Below are positions 46,767-57,800 of a DNA stretch of 64,000 bases, piece by piece. Below the pieces are notes generated by a model. The model did not search any database and was not told the DNA's origin. It was given only the letters and a program-made list of their open reading frames with translations. Positions within the stretch are counted from its first letter, which is position 1. The number at the start of each line of letters is the position of its first letter. This DNA is from Macrostomum lignano (taxonomy: Eukaryota), in contig NIVC01002286.1 in NCBI GenBank assembly GCA_002269645.1, positions 62,001 through 126,000 of the forward strand, written 5' to 3'. The translations under genes and the position numbers were made by a program.

Positions 46767-47090
46767 CAGACGCGGAAAGATGGCGAGCAGGACGATAATG
46801 CACCGGCGCACCGGGCAGCAGCTGTCAGCGAACTCAAGGACCAGCTGCACCTGCGTACTCTTCGGTGGCCTTCAAGATCCCCTGATATGAACCCAATTGA
46901 ACATGTCTGGGACTTTATCAAGCGGAGTGTTCAACGGCAGAATCCGCCGCAGACAGTCGCTGAACTGCGAAACGCTGTTGCTAACGCGTGGCAGGAAATT
47001 CCCCAGGACTTTTTTCGACGCCTTGTTCTGGGAATGCCACGTCGAGTCAACGCCCTGTTACTTGCGAGAGGAGGCTACACGCGTTTCTGA
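46767..47090 (+). pseudogene. Tc1-family transposase C-terminal fragment (DD34E)
   Basis: Open frame QDDNAPAHRAAAVSELKDQLHLRTLRWPSRSPDMNPIEHVW...LLARGGYTRF*, with 34 residues between D (46794) and E. An in-frame stop lies at 46764; the N-terminal domain and first D are absent. Confidence 0.92.
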
Positions 47091-47641
47091 AGCTCGATTT
47101 GAACCATAGACTATGCGCTTTGACTCTTCTGAGTGAGTTGATTTTTCTTCTAGTTAGAGTGTTGCGTTTTAAATGTTGCTGAGTGTATAAACTACGATTG
47201 CTTATTTAATCGTTAAAAATTGTACTATTCTGAGTCGGGAATGTGTGGTCTATGGTAATTTTTGGTGAGATAATTTGACAAAAACTAGGATATCATATAA
47301 TCTCCTCGAAATCAGGAGCATTATGTATATAATCTTTGTTCTTTTGGTTCCTATGGCAGAGAAAGGCCGAGGACGCTGTTCTCAGGCCGAGGCCTTAGAA
47401 TTGCGTCCGAGGTCTTTCTGCCATAGACACCAAAAGAACAGACAAAGATCGTACTTAATCTACAGATATTGGAAGCGACTGGGAGTGGGAGAGAGGTATT
47501 CGTCAAAAGCGGGGGTGTGGGGGGCGCAGCCCCCCACATTTAACCATAGACAAAAATTAAAGTAAAAGATTCGATGCTTAAATTAAAAGCGAGAAAGGAA
47601 AGGTTTGGGCAGCTAGAGGAAATCAGAGAGAACTGAGAATC

Positions 47642-48234
47642 ATGGAACACGACTTGGAACTCGCTTTCGACTGGTTGAATGACATTGAATTGAGAGAAAA
47701 CGAGGCTTCTAGATTTGCTTTACTGTCCGATAACGAGGTTGCTGAAAGGATTGACGCTGCTGTGCCGGAATCGACACGCCGGAAGGAACGATGGGCACTA
47801 AAGCTATTTGACGACTGGTTTCAGGAGAGGCAAACCAAACTGCTTCATGGAGACGCCTGCAGTCTATCTGTGTCTACCTATCGGCCGGCATACTCTCGAC
47901 TCCAATTGTGGCGAATATCACCAAACCCGTGTCTACGGATGGTAAATTCTCAAACCAGTCTCTAAGGAAGACTTGTGTCAGCAGGTTGCATCGGGCTGGA
48001 CTGGCTAGGGACGATATAGCCCGCGTCACTGGACATTCGTCCAACGCAATAGAGAGGTACATACGGCTAGACGTCCAGGATCATTCGCGTATGACCTATG
48101 CTCTACACGCCGGAGGAGCCGTGGAGTCCAATGGGCCGACCAATGAGCAAGATGTCGTGTCTGAGGGTACTACCAAGAAGATGCGCATGACTGTCCACGG
48201 CGACACCAACAGCGTAGAAATCATGTTCGAGTAA
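47642..48234 (+). pseudogene. Internally deleted Crypton-type tyrosine recombinase (DUF3504/ZMYM-related), copy 1
   Basis: N-terminal SRFALLSDNEVAERIDAAVPESTRRKERWALKLFDDW. After a deletion and frame change: KFSNQSLRKTCVSRLHRAGLARDDIARVTGHSSNAIERY, i.e. the YR [H]xxR..GH..Y box with H replaced by Q. Confidence 0.8.
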
Positions 48235-48590
48235 ATCGGCAAGAATGAATCGGTCTTTACTGCTGTTGATAGTTTATACTTCTAATGGACTAACTGACAA
48301 ATTATAGTCGTTCTAAAATATTCTCAGGCCTTGTTCTTAGGCCTGTTAACCGGTTAACAGGCCTCGTTTTGAGTTCTCAGGCTTAGTTTTTTAGTGAGGT
48401 TTGGCCATAGACTATCGTTCCACTAGAAAAGAAGGAGCCTAGGAATTTAGTGTGAACCGTCATATCTGTAGGTTAAGTATCAGATTAAACATGCCTTTTG
48501 AGGGAGTTATTTGTATAAATCACGAGGGCCTGAGGCCCGAGGGATTTATGAAAATAACTCCCGAAAAAGGCATGTGTAATCTCGTATAAA

Positions 48591-49025
48591 CCATAGACAT
48601 AAAGACTTTACGGGATATTATTGAATATTACCAATTGTACCATGACCTTTGTGCCCGCTGGGCACTTATTCTTGCCTTTTAATGCCATAAACTACATTTA
48701 AGCCCGCTTGCAGGAGTCACACTTACTTTAATGCAAATTAGCGGGCAGTTAATGACTTTTAACGCCCGATTGTCTATTTCAAACATACTCTAATGCAAAT
48801 TAGCGGGCAGTTAATATCATTAACTGCCCGCTAATTTTGTCCCACTTTGTCAAGGGCACAAATGTCTATGGCACAATAATAGTAACCCATGCTTTGCGGG
48901 CGTTAATGAGAAATCCTTGGGTGCCCTCTGATTTTCCCATTAACGCCCTTAAAGCATGGGTATTAATGTACTATTAAAATCCCGGCGAACGCAAATATTG
49001 TCACGGAAAGTCTTTATTTCTATGG
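48591..49025. mobile_element. MITE-like foldback element bounded by CCATAG...CTATGG inverted repeats
   Basis: ccatagacataaagactttacgggatatt (48591-) is the inverse of aatattgtcacggaaagtctttatttctatgg (-49025). Nested internal IRs, for example cccatgcttt..gggcgttaatg / cattaacgccc..aaagcatggg. Confidence 0.7.
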
Positions 49026-49249
49026 ATTATGTGGTTAGAATGTCCGAGGCTGAATTTAATGGTCCCGAGGTGAGCGAACCCATCTGATTGATAGACATAT
49101 AGGCTTAGACCATTTGATTCCGATCATAGACAAATAAATATATTTCTCACAAAGATACAGTCACAAAGCAGCCAGTCAGTCAGTGTTGGCAAAACGTAAA
49201 AGCCTAATTCAAAGTCGCTTTTTCTTCGAACTAGAATCAATAGTACAAT

Positions 49250-49716
49250 ATGGAAGGCTTAAAAGACTTCAATTTTGACGCTTTCTTTGCTGCTTTCGGA
49301 GTTGAGTCGACAACTCGAGTTTCTGCTGAGTCCCTGGAGGAAGCTGCTTTAACAAAAGAATCGACGAAAGTTTGCCTGCCGCTACCAGAACGAAGGAAAA
49401 ATGGACAATGAAGTTATTCAATCTATGGAAAGAGATGCGCGTCAATCGTCAATTGACAGGCAAAGAGTCCGGACTCATGGTTCTCAAGCCAACCGAGGAT
49501 CTCACGAAATCCGACCTGAATCATTTGCTCCAGTATTTTGTGTTCGAAGTTCGTAAAGAGAACGGAGAAAAGTTTCCACCTGGCACCCTCAAAGATCTTC
49601 ATGATCCAACACCACTTTGTTTACGGACTTAAACGGACTCTTTCCATCTGGACTGACGCCGAGTTCGCTGAAACGCGACGTGCGCTAGATGCTGCCATGC
49701 GAGAGATCATACAAGT
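49250..49716 (+). pseudogene. Frameshifted Crypton-type tyrosine recombinase fragment, copy 2 (N-terminal half)
   Basis: PAATRTKEKWTMKLFNLW..GLMVLKPTEDLTKSDLNHLLQYFVFEVRKENGEKFPPGTLKDL, then in another frame IWTDAEFAETRRALDAAMREI. These match Crypton/DUF3504 F..EVRK.DG..YPP.TL and F...R..LDA.M motifs. Confidence 0.78.
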
Positions 49717-50076
49717 TGAGTATGCTAAGTTTTGTTATTTCAGTTGTGTTTTTTGCTAAATATACTGTTGACTTGTTCACTTCAATGTTCCATTTAATCC
49801 CCGGCATGGCCCAGCCAATAGTCTATGGCCGTCATTTAACTGGCCGGGCTAAGAAAAAAGTCCTTCGACCGGGCCATTAAACGGCCTTTGGAAAATTTCA
49901 AATTAAGGATAAGTATAACTTAATATATATTGGTTTACGAGTTATTATCGAATAACGCAAAACATACTGAACTGTTTTTAATAAACATGGCAAACAACAA
50001 GACCTCAACAGCTGGCAGATACACTCGTACCTCACAAGAATTGTTACATGAAACTCTCAAGTCTACACGATATCCA

Positions 50077-50597
50077 TTAGTCGAAATAGACCACTACCTT
50101 GTTGTTGACTCCGTCAGCTTCTATTCTCATTCTCTTGCTTTTCGGTTCCGGAACAGAAATTCCAACCTTCTCTAGCGCGACGACAGCCATTTCCTTGGCG
50201 TCAGGAGCCACCAGAGGCGTCTCTGGACCGTCCGCAACCAGAGCCACAGCCAGAGCCGTTTCCTTGGCCTCGGGAGCCACCAAATACAAAAAACTTGAGC
50301 AGGTAGTTCAGATCGCCTTTGCTCATTTCTTCGCAACTCTTAATTACCATCAGGCCAGTTGTAGTTCAATCAGCCCAAGCAGTCTTCTTAGCCTCGTGCC
50401 ATGCAGTAAAGACGCTCATAGCCCAATCGGCCTTTTCCTCGTTGACGCAGGTGCACTTGCCAACAGCTCTCTTTCAATGTCTTCATTTGTGATCATCTTG
50501 AAGCGTTGGACTCCTCCGTTCTTCTCTTCGTAGAAGTCGAGCAGCACCTCAGAAATAAAAAAAACTCCGACGGGTTTTGAGAAGCTCTATTTTCCAT
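50077..50597 (-). pseudogene. Frameshifted, internally deleted Crypton-type recombinase, copy 3
   Basis: Minus strand: RFKMITNEDIERELLASAPASTRK / ADWAMSVFTAW / GLMVIKSCEEMSKGDLNYLLKFFVF (homologous to copy 2), fused to a tail KRMRIEADGVNNKVVVYFD* (homologous to the copy 1 tail). Confidence 0.72.
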
Positions 50598-51689
50598 GTC
50601 AATTGATTCAGTTTATTAATTGATTGATTTAGCCTCGCAGAATATCTTCACGGCCATATACACATTTTTGGGGAGTCTCAGGCTGGGCTATGCCCAAGAT
50701 TAAATACGATACTACCCCCCAAAAACGTTGTCTACATGTATGGCCATGAAGTTGGCTGAGGACTCGTTTCTTGGCCGAGGCGTTTTTGGGGGGTATTATC
50801 TTGTACAGAATGTGAATTAAACGGCGTTTATTTACTTAAAGAAATCTCCCTTTTTTATTTCCAAAGATGCAGATTTAGTTTGAACCATAGACTAAATTTC
50901 TGATTTTAATAGGGACTAGAGACTTTACAGACAAGTCAGAAATACTTTTTTAAATTCATCCAATAATAACAGCGAACGATTCCACCCTAGAAAGAATTGG
51001 CAGGTATTGGCCATTCATACGCAATTTTTCCGAATTTCGTGTGCGAACTCACAGACAGCCCCATTGGCGTGACTACAGTTCGTCGCTCTATTAAAAGTAT
51101 TACCGAGAAAGGGATTGGTGGATTTTTGAAAGTAATAGAAAGTTAAAAATCTTCCATATATGGCAGTTCCAATGTTGCGTCAGGCTTAAACGATCCTGCT
51201 CTTCTCTCTGATTGAATTCCTATATAGTCTCATGTTTGATCAGTGCAACACAGCTGGCGACACGCGGGGGGAAACAGTTCTCCGCACCGTGGGTGGTTGA
51301 GTCCTTTTTTACGTTTTTAAGTGCGGAGTCCCAAGGTATTGGGGGGGGGGGCAAGCAGGCACGAGACACACCAACAAGAGACAGAGTGACAGAGTATTAG
51401 AAGTGCGCGATCGATTTCCTATACGTTCGTACAGTGTACTGCTGTAGTCCAATCTGCTCGGGGGGCGACTGATTTTGATCGAGCCACGCCTAATATTAAC
51501 TATTAACTGCCATCGGTTTAACTAGTTCGTGTTAGCTTTCTTGGTGTTGGACTTCCAATAGTATGCATAATATTTATTTGCTAGTGCATCATTGTGATTT
51601 GTGCACTTGAGGATTGCCTTCGCTCTGAACAGCTGTTTTGTCTCACTCACTGTGTACACCGCCTTTCTCCCCTTCCTTATGATCTATGA

Positions 51690-53930
51690 TCCCTCTTCCC
51701 TCCTCTCCGTGTTTGATCTATTCTATCCCCTCCTCTCTGTGTTTGATCTATTCTATCCCCTCCTCTCTCTGTGTGATCTATTCTATCCCCTCCTCTCTGT
51801 GTGTGATCTATTCTATCCCCTCCTCTCTGTGTTTGATCTATTCTATCCCCTCCCTTCACTGTGCTTGATCTATTATATCCCCTCCTCCCTGTGTTTGATC
51901 TATTCTATCCCCTCCTCACTGTGTTTGATCTATTCTATCCCCTCCTCTCTGTGTTTGATCTATTCTATCCCCTCCTCTCTGTGCTTGATCTATTCTATCC
52001 CCTCCTCTCTGTGTTTGATCTATTCTATCCCCTCCTCTCTGTGTTTGATCTATTCTATCCCCTCCTCTCTGTGTTTGATCTATTCTATCCCCTCCTCTCT
52101 GTGTTTGATCTATTCTATCCCCTCCTCTCTGTGTTTGATCTATTCTATCCCCTCCTCTCTCTGTGTGATCTATTCTATCCCCTCCTCTCTGTGTGTGATC
52201 TATTCTATCCCCTCCTCTCTGTGTTTGATCTATTCTATCCCCTCCTCTCTGTGTTTGATCAATTCTATCCCCTCCTCTCTCTGTGTGATCTATTCTATCC
52301 CCTCCTCTCTGTGTGTGATCTATTCTATCCCCTCCTCTCTGTGTGTGATCTATTCTATCCCCTCCTCTCTGTGTTTGATCTATTCTATCCCCTCCTCTCT
52401 GTGTTTGATCAATTCTATCCCCTCCTCTCTGTGTGTGATCTATTCTATCCCCTCCTCTCTGTGTTTGATCTATTCTATCCCCTCCTCTCTGTGTTTGATC
52501 TATTCTATCCCCTCCTCTCCGTATGTTTGATCTATTCTATCCCTCCTCTCTGTGTTTGATCTATTCTATCCCCTCCTCTCTGTGTTTGATCTATTCTATC
52601 CCCTCCTGTCCGTATGTTTGATCTATTCTATCCCCTGCTCTCTGTGTTTGATCTATTCTATCCCCTCCTCTCTGTGTTTGATCTTTTCTATCCCCTCCCT
52701 TCACTGTGTTTGATCTATTCTATCCCCTCCTCTCTGTGTTTGATCTATTCTATCCCCTCCTCTCTGTGTGTGATCTATTCTATCCCCTCCTCTCTGTGTG
52801 TGATCTATTCTATCCCCTCCTCTCTGTGTTTGATCTATTCTATCCCCTCCTCTCTGTGTTTGATCTATTCTATCCCCTCCTCTCTGTGTTTGATCTATTC
52901 TATCCCCTCCTCTCTGTGTTTGATCTATTCTATCCCCTCCTCTCTGTGTTTGATCTATTCTATCCCCTCCTCTCTCTGTGTGATCTATTCTATCCCCTCC
53001 TCTCTGTGTGTGATCTATTCTATCCCCTCCTCTCTGTGTTTGATCTATTCTATCCCCTCCTCTCTGTGTTTGATCAATTCTATCCCCTCCTCTCTGTGTG
53101 TGATCTATTCTATCCCCTCCTCTCTGTGTTTGATCTATTCTATCCCCTCCTCTCTGTGTTTGATCTATTCTATCCCCTCCTCTCTGTGTTTGATCTATTC
53201 TATCCCCTCCTCTCTCTGTGTGATCTATTCTATCCCCTCCTCTCTGTGTGTGATCTATTCTATCCCCTCCTCTCTGTGTTTGATCTATTCTATCCCCTCC
53301 TCTCTGTGTTTGATCAATTCTATCCCCTCCTCTCTCTGTGTGATCTATTCTATCCCCTCCTCTCTGTGTGTGATCTATTCTATCCCCTCCTCTCTGTGTG
53401 TGATCTATTCTATCCCCTCCTCTCTGTGTTTGATCTATTCTATCCCCTCCTCTCTGTGTTTGATCAATTCTATCCCCTCCTCTCTGTGTGTGATCTATTC
53501 TATCCCCTCCTCTCTGTGTTTGATCTATTCTATCCCCTCCTCTCTGTGTTTGATCTATTCTATCCCCTCCTCTCTGTGTTTGATCTATTCTATCCCCTCC
53601 TCTCTGTGTTTGATCTATTCTATCCCCTCCTCTCTCTGTGTGATCTATTCTATCCCCTCCTCTCTGTGTGTGATCTATTCTATCCCCTCCTCTCTGTGTT
53701 TGATCTATTCTATCCCCTCCTCTCTGTGTTTGATCAATTCTATCCCCTCCTCTCTCTGTGTGATCTATTCTATCCCCTCCTCTCTGTGTTTGATCAATTC
53801 TATCCCCTCCTCTCTGTGTGTGATCTATTCTATCCCCTCCTCTCTGTGTTTGATCTATTCTATCCCCTCCTCTCTGTGTTTGATCTATTCTATCCCCTCC
53901 TCTCTGTGTTTGATCTATTCTATCCCGTCC
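51690..53930. repeat. ~2.2-kb 30-bp minisatellite (tgtgtttgatctattctatcccctcctctc)
   Basis: About 74 tandem copies; explains the long FDLFYPLLSV / GGDRIDQTQR ORFs. Confidence 0.97.
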
Positions 53931-54820
53931 TCTCTTCACAGTATTTGCTAAATCCTCTCCTCTCATATATTTATTTTTCAGCTCACTTTGCAAGGAATTT
54001 CAAATGCAATTTCCTTTCCTACTGCGATTTCCCACTATTGTCTGTTGCGCTTCTGTCTCCCTGCCCCTCTCTTTCTGCTTTTTTATTATTTCTTTCTCAT
54101 TCTTTGCGCCGCATTCCGATCGTTTCCCTCTCTGATTTGCTTTTTTTCAATTCTGTCCTCCCAAGCAAGCAAACAATTGCTTGGCTGTGTCTGGATTTGC
54201 ATGGTTGCTGCTTGAACGGAAGCATTTGCATATAGCAGTATGCTGCGGCCCTGCTGGCCATTTCTCGGTTTTCGTCCGACTGCAGGCTGCAGCTCTGCTT
54301 TACCCCGCAACCCCGCCTGTGTTGGGGGATCGGAGGTTGGGGCTGGGTGGCTCCCGGTGAGGTGGCGGCGCAGCCAGAAATCAGAGAGAATAATCAATAG
54401 GGCTCAAAACCGCCTCCGCCCCTTCTCCCTCCTTGTTCTACTGTTTTTGCCCGACTCGCACGCGCTCCGCTCTCTTCTCTGTCTACCTTTCTCTTGCTTT
54501 ACTTTACATTTTCTTTTCTCGAACGATTTTGCGCTTCCATGTACGTTGTTGATAAGCCTGGGGGGGCATACTTCCTTGGCCCACTGATTGGCCTGGTCAG
54601 CGTGCAAGTCTCGCCTGCACTTCAATATTTGATATCTTTCTCTCCCAGGCTAGAAAATTTATGCAACAAAAGCGGTGCAAAAACACTTGCCTGTTGTCTA
54701 CCTTTTTAGGTAGCGAATCAATTGACAGTTTATAGTCAACTGCTTTCACTTGCGTGCAAGCAAAATGAACTGTAAGATATGAATGGTTAACCCACTGGGC
54801 CAGCGAACTGACGGATCGAC

Positions 54821-57800
54821 ATGCAGAAATCTGGCGGAGAGAACGGCAACAGCAGCAGTTTCTGGAGCTTCTTCAAGCCGAGCCAGGAGGCGGTTGCAGC
54901 GGCGAAGCCGTCAGCAGCTCTGGCTGAGGCAGAAGAGATCACTCTGGTGCCCAAGGCTGCTAAAGTGCACGTGAGTTACTGTAGTAAGGACACGGGCTAA
55001 TGAGCGTCGGGGGGGTCGGGGGGGCGTTGGCTGCCATCGGAGGACACGGGAGGGGGCGGTGGCTGCTATCGGAGGACACGGGAGGGGCGGTGGCTGCCAT
55101 CGGAGGACACGGGAGGGGGCGGTGGCTGCCATCGGAGGACACGGGAGGGGGCGGTGGCTGCCATCGGAGGACACGGGAGGGGGCGGTGGCTGCCATCGGA
55201 GGACACGGGAGGGGGCGGTGGCTGCCATCGGAGGACACGGGAGGGGGCGGTGGCTGCCATCGGAGGACACGGGAGGGGGCGGTGGCTGCCATCGGAGGAC
55301 ACGGGAGGGGGCGATGGCTGGCTGCCATCAAAGAAAGGATCAGAACGTGTATTGGGAGCCATCAAAAGAACTGGAAGTGGTTGCCATGGAAAGTAAACAA
55401 TATTCATAATCATAAATTTAACCAGGGCGGCGATCCAGTTTTAATTCTGCTGCCGGACGGAGGCAGGTCGGTGAGTGCCGACTGCCGCTACTGCCTGGTG
55501 TACGAGGGGACCAACAGGCGGCACCTGGCCTCGTGCGAGCTGGCGCCAGACCGCCGAGCGCTGTTCTCCCGGGTGCCAGGTGAGCAGGTGTTTTAAGATA
55601 AGAGTACAGTTTTATTTTCCTTGATGCTCTATAGCGTCTGACATTATGTATGATGAGGCAGGACTTATTAGAATGAAGTAATAAAAAATGTCTATTATCC
55701 ATAAAAATGTTCTTTGGAACGCGCAAAGAATAGCTAGCACTTGTTAATGTACAGCGCAATTTTACACGCATGGAATGAAAAGAAAAGGGAAAATGATGCC
55801 CAAAGCTACTCAAATTCTACTCTACAAGTCACGTAATTCACTGGCGTTTTCAAGTTGCAATGAAAGGGAGCCAAAGTTGTTAGAATGATAGTATATTATA
55901 GAATAGCAATCAGAATATTACAATGTCTCAATTAAATATTAACGTCTTGCTACAAAACAGCTCCAGGTTAGCGCAAGGCTGACATTGTGAGGAGTTGCAA
56001 ATCTCAACTTCTGAACTTCCTTTTGTTGCCGTTGCTTGGAGCTTCAGAGCTGCACTCGATCCCAGCCTGCATTAAGGGAATAGGGGTGTACTAACCGCTG
56101 GCGACTTTGCTTAACTTTTCCGACGCTCTTTACTAGCCAGAACAGCAATGGCTCTACCGAATCCTTAAAAAAACTCGCAGAGCACGACGCCCCAGAGACG
56201 GTGCGCCTCAGCCTGCACCGCCTGGCGCCAACGCCATCCAGCTCTGCTCAGCCGCTGCTCAGCAACCTGGAGTTCAGCTTCGTCCCGGATCCCATGACAG
56301 CCGTGGCCGCCGCCATCGCAGCCGCCTTCCCCTCGGTGCCGTCGGAGCTCGCCGAGCTGTCCGCCTGCGCCTCCGCTTCCGCCGCCGCCGACTGCGACCG
56401 TCAGCTGAGCGACGCGCTGAGCCGCCTTGGTGACGAGAATTTCAACAGAGTGGAGAATTTTGCCGGTCTGCAGTCGTCGGCCACCGCCCTCTACTGGCTG
56501 GCCGAGCGGGGCTGGCTGGACAGCTTCGCCGACCTGGCCACTCGGCGCCGGGACGGACAGTCAATGCTGGACACCTGGCTGTCCGCCGGCGAGGACGGCG
56601 GCGAGCGGCTTCGCCAGGCGTTGCTAAGCGACAGCCGGTGCCCGCGGGCGGCGCTCGGCTCGCCGGATCGGCTGCGTCTTTGGCTGCGCGCCGTGGCCTC
56701 TGCCTGCAGTCGGCGGCGACGTCGACGCCGGCCGCCCGGCCCTGAAGATGCCGTCGTCCGCGTGGCCAGCTGGGTGACGCCGACAGCCGCACCGTTAGTT
56801 GTCATGACAACTAATTTGGCCAAATCGTCGACGGCCTCGTTGGAGCAGGACCTGGCTCTGTTTCCTGGGCTGGAGGCCAGCCACGCTCGAGGTGGGTCCC
56901 AGATGTCTAGGAGTAGGAGCAGCTGGTATGGCATTGAATGCCGGTTCTCTACATTTTGTATCATTTTCGATTATTGCAGAGCATTTTCATCGTTACGGCT
57001 CAGATTCCGACTACGATGAGGTAAGACTACGAGCGTCGCAACGTGTGTTTTAGTAACCCCAGTCCTTGGATCTGCCTCTCCGCTCTCCCTCGGCCTCAAG
57101 TTCTTGAATCTGTCTCTCCGCTCTCCCAGTCAGTGTCTCTACGCAACATTTGCAGGATGCCCCTCGAGAGACCGCTTGCGTGCAAACTGAAACCGGCAAG
57201 TCAATGGAGGACTTGCAGCTGCCACAGAAACGGCCCTTCGATGAGGCAAAGGAGGCTGCATCGAATCCCGAGACTCCCCTCCATGGTTCGCGCTCACCAG
57301 CATGCAATAACTACCCTTCGTCTCCGCTGACCTCACCTTCGCCCTTGCCGTCGCCGTCGCCGTCACCGGCCCCAGCCGTTTGCGTTGATACCGTCGATTC
57401 GGCTACGTCGAAGTCGGTCAAGTCGGCAACGTCAGCGCTCGCCCTGTCGGCCAGCGCTCGATCGATCAGCACGCCGTCGCTTTTCGGAGATTTGAATTCG
57501 TGAGATTTTTGTTGTACTCCTATTCTATTTAAATTTGCAATTTTTCCTACTATCTTACTGATACGCCCTTGGACAGTAGGCTAGTAAGAAAAAGTAGCGT
57601 AACCAAACCAAACTGCAACTAACTATCGGCACTACTGCTTTTTTGAGTGCAGGCCTCAGCTGACTAACCGTGGTCCCCAAGCATCACTCAGTCGCTAGCT
57701 GTATGGCACCGTTTTTGGGACAAGTGGCGCGCAGTTTCCCTCATCTAAACATATCCTGGTGCTTAGCGCTAGTGGGACGAAAGATAGTAAAAAATTTTAA

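Larger units (their letters stand above)
28107..47185 (+). mobile_element. Internally deleted Tc1/mariner element (about 610 bp) split by an 18.5-kb insertion
   Basis: 28107-28138 joined to 46605-46707 is the reverse complement of 47051-47185 (135-bp IR, about 3 mismatches). TA flanks both ends (28105-6 and 47186-7). A transposase C-terminal fragment lies inside. Confidence 0.88.

Noticed and set aside
51601-54235. ORFs of 230-509 aa (FDLFYPLLSV, GGDRIDQTQR, CLIYSIPSSL repeats)
   Set aside because: They are by-products of a stop-free 30-bp minisatellite, open in several frames on both strands.
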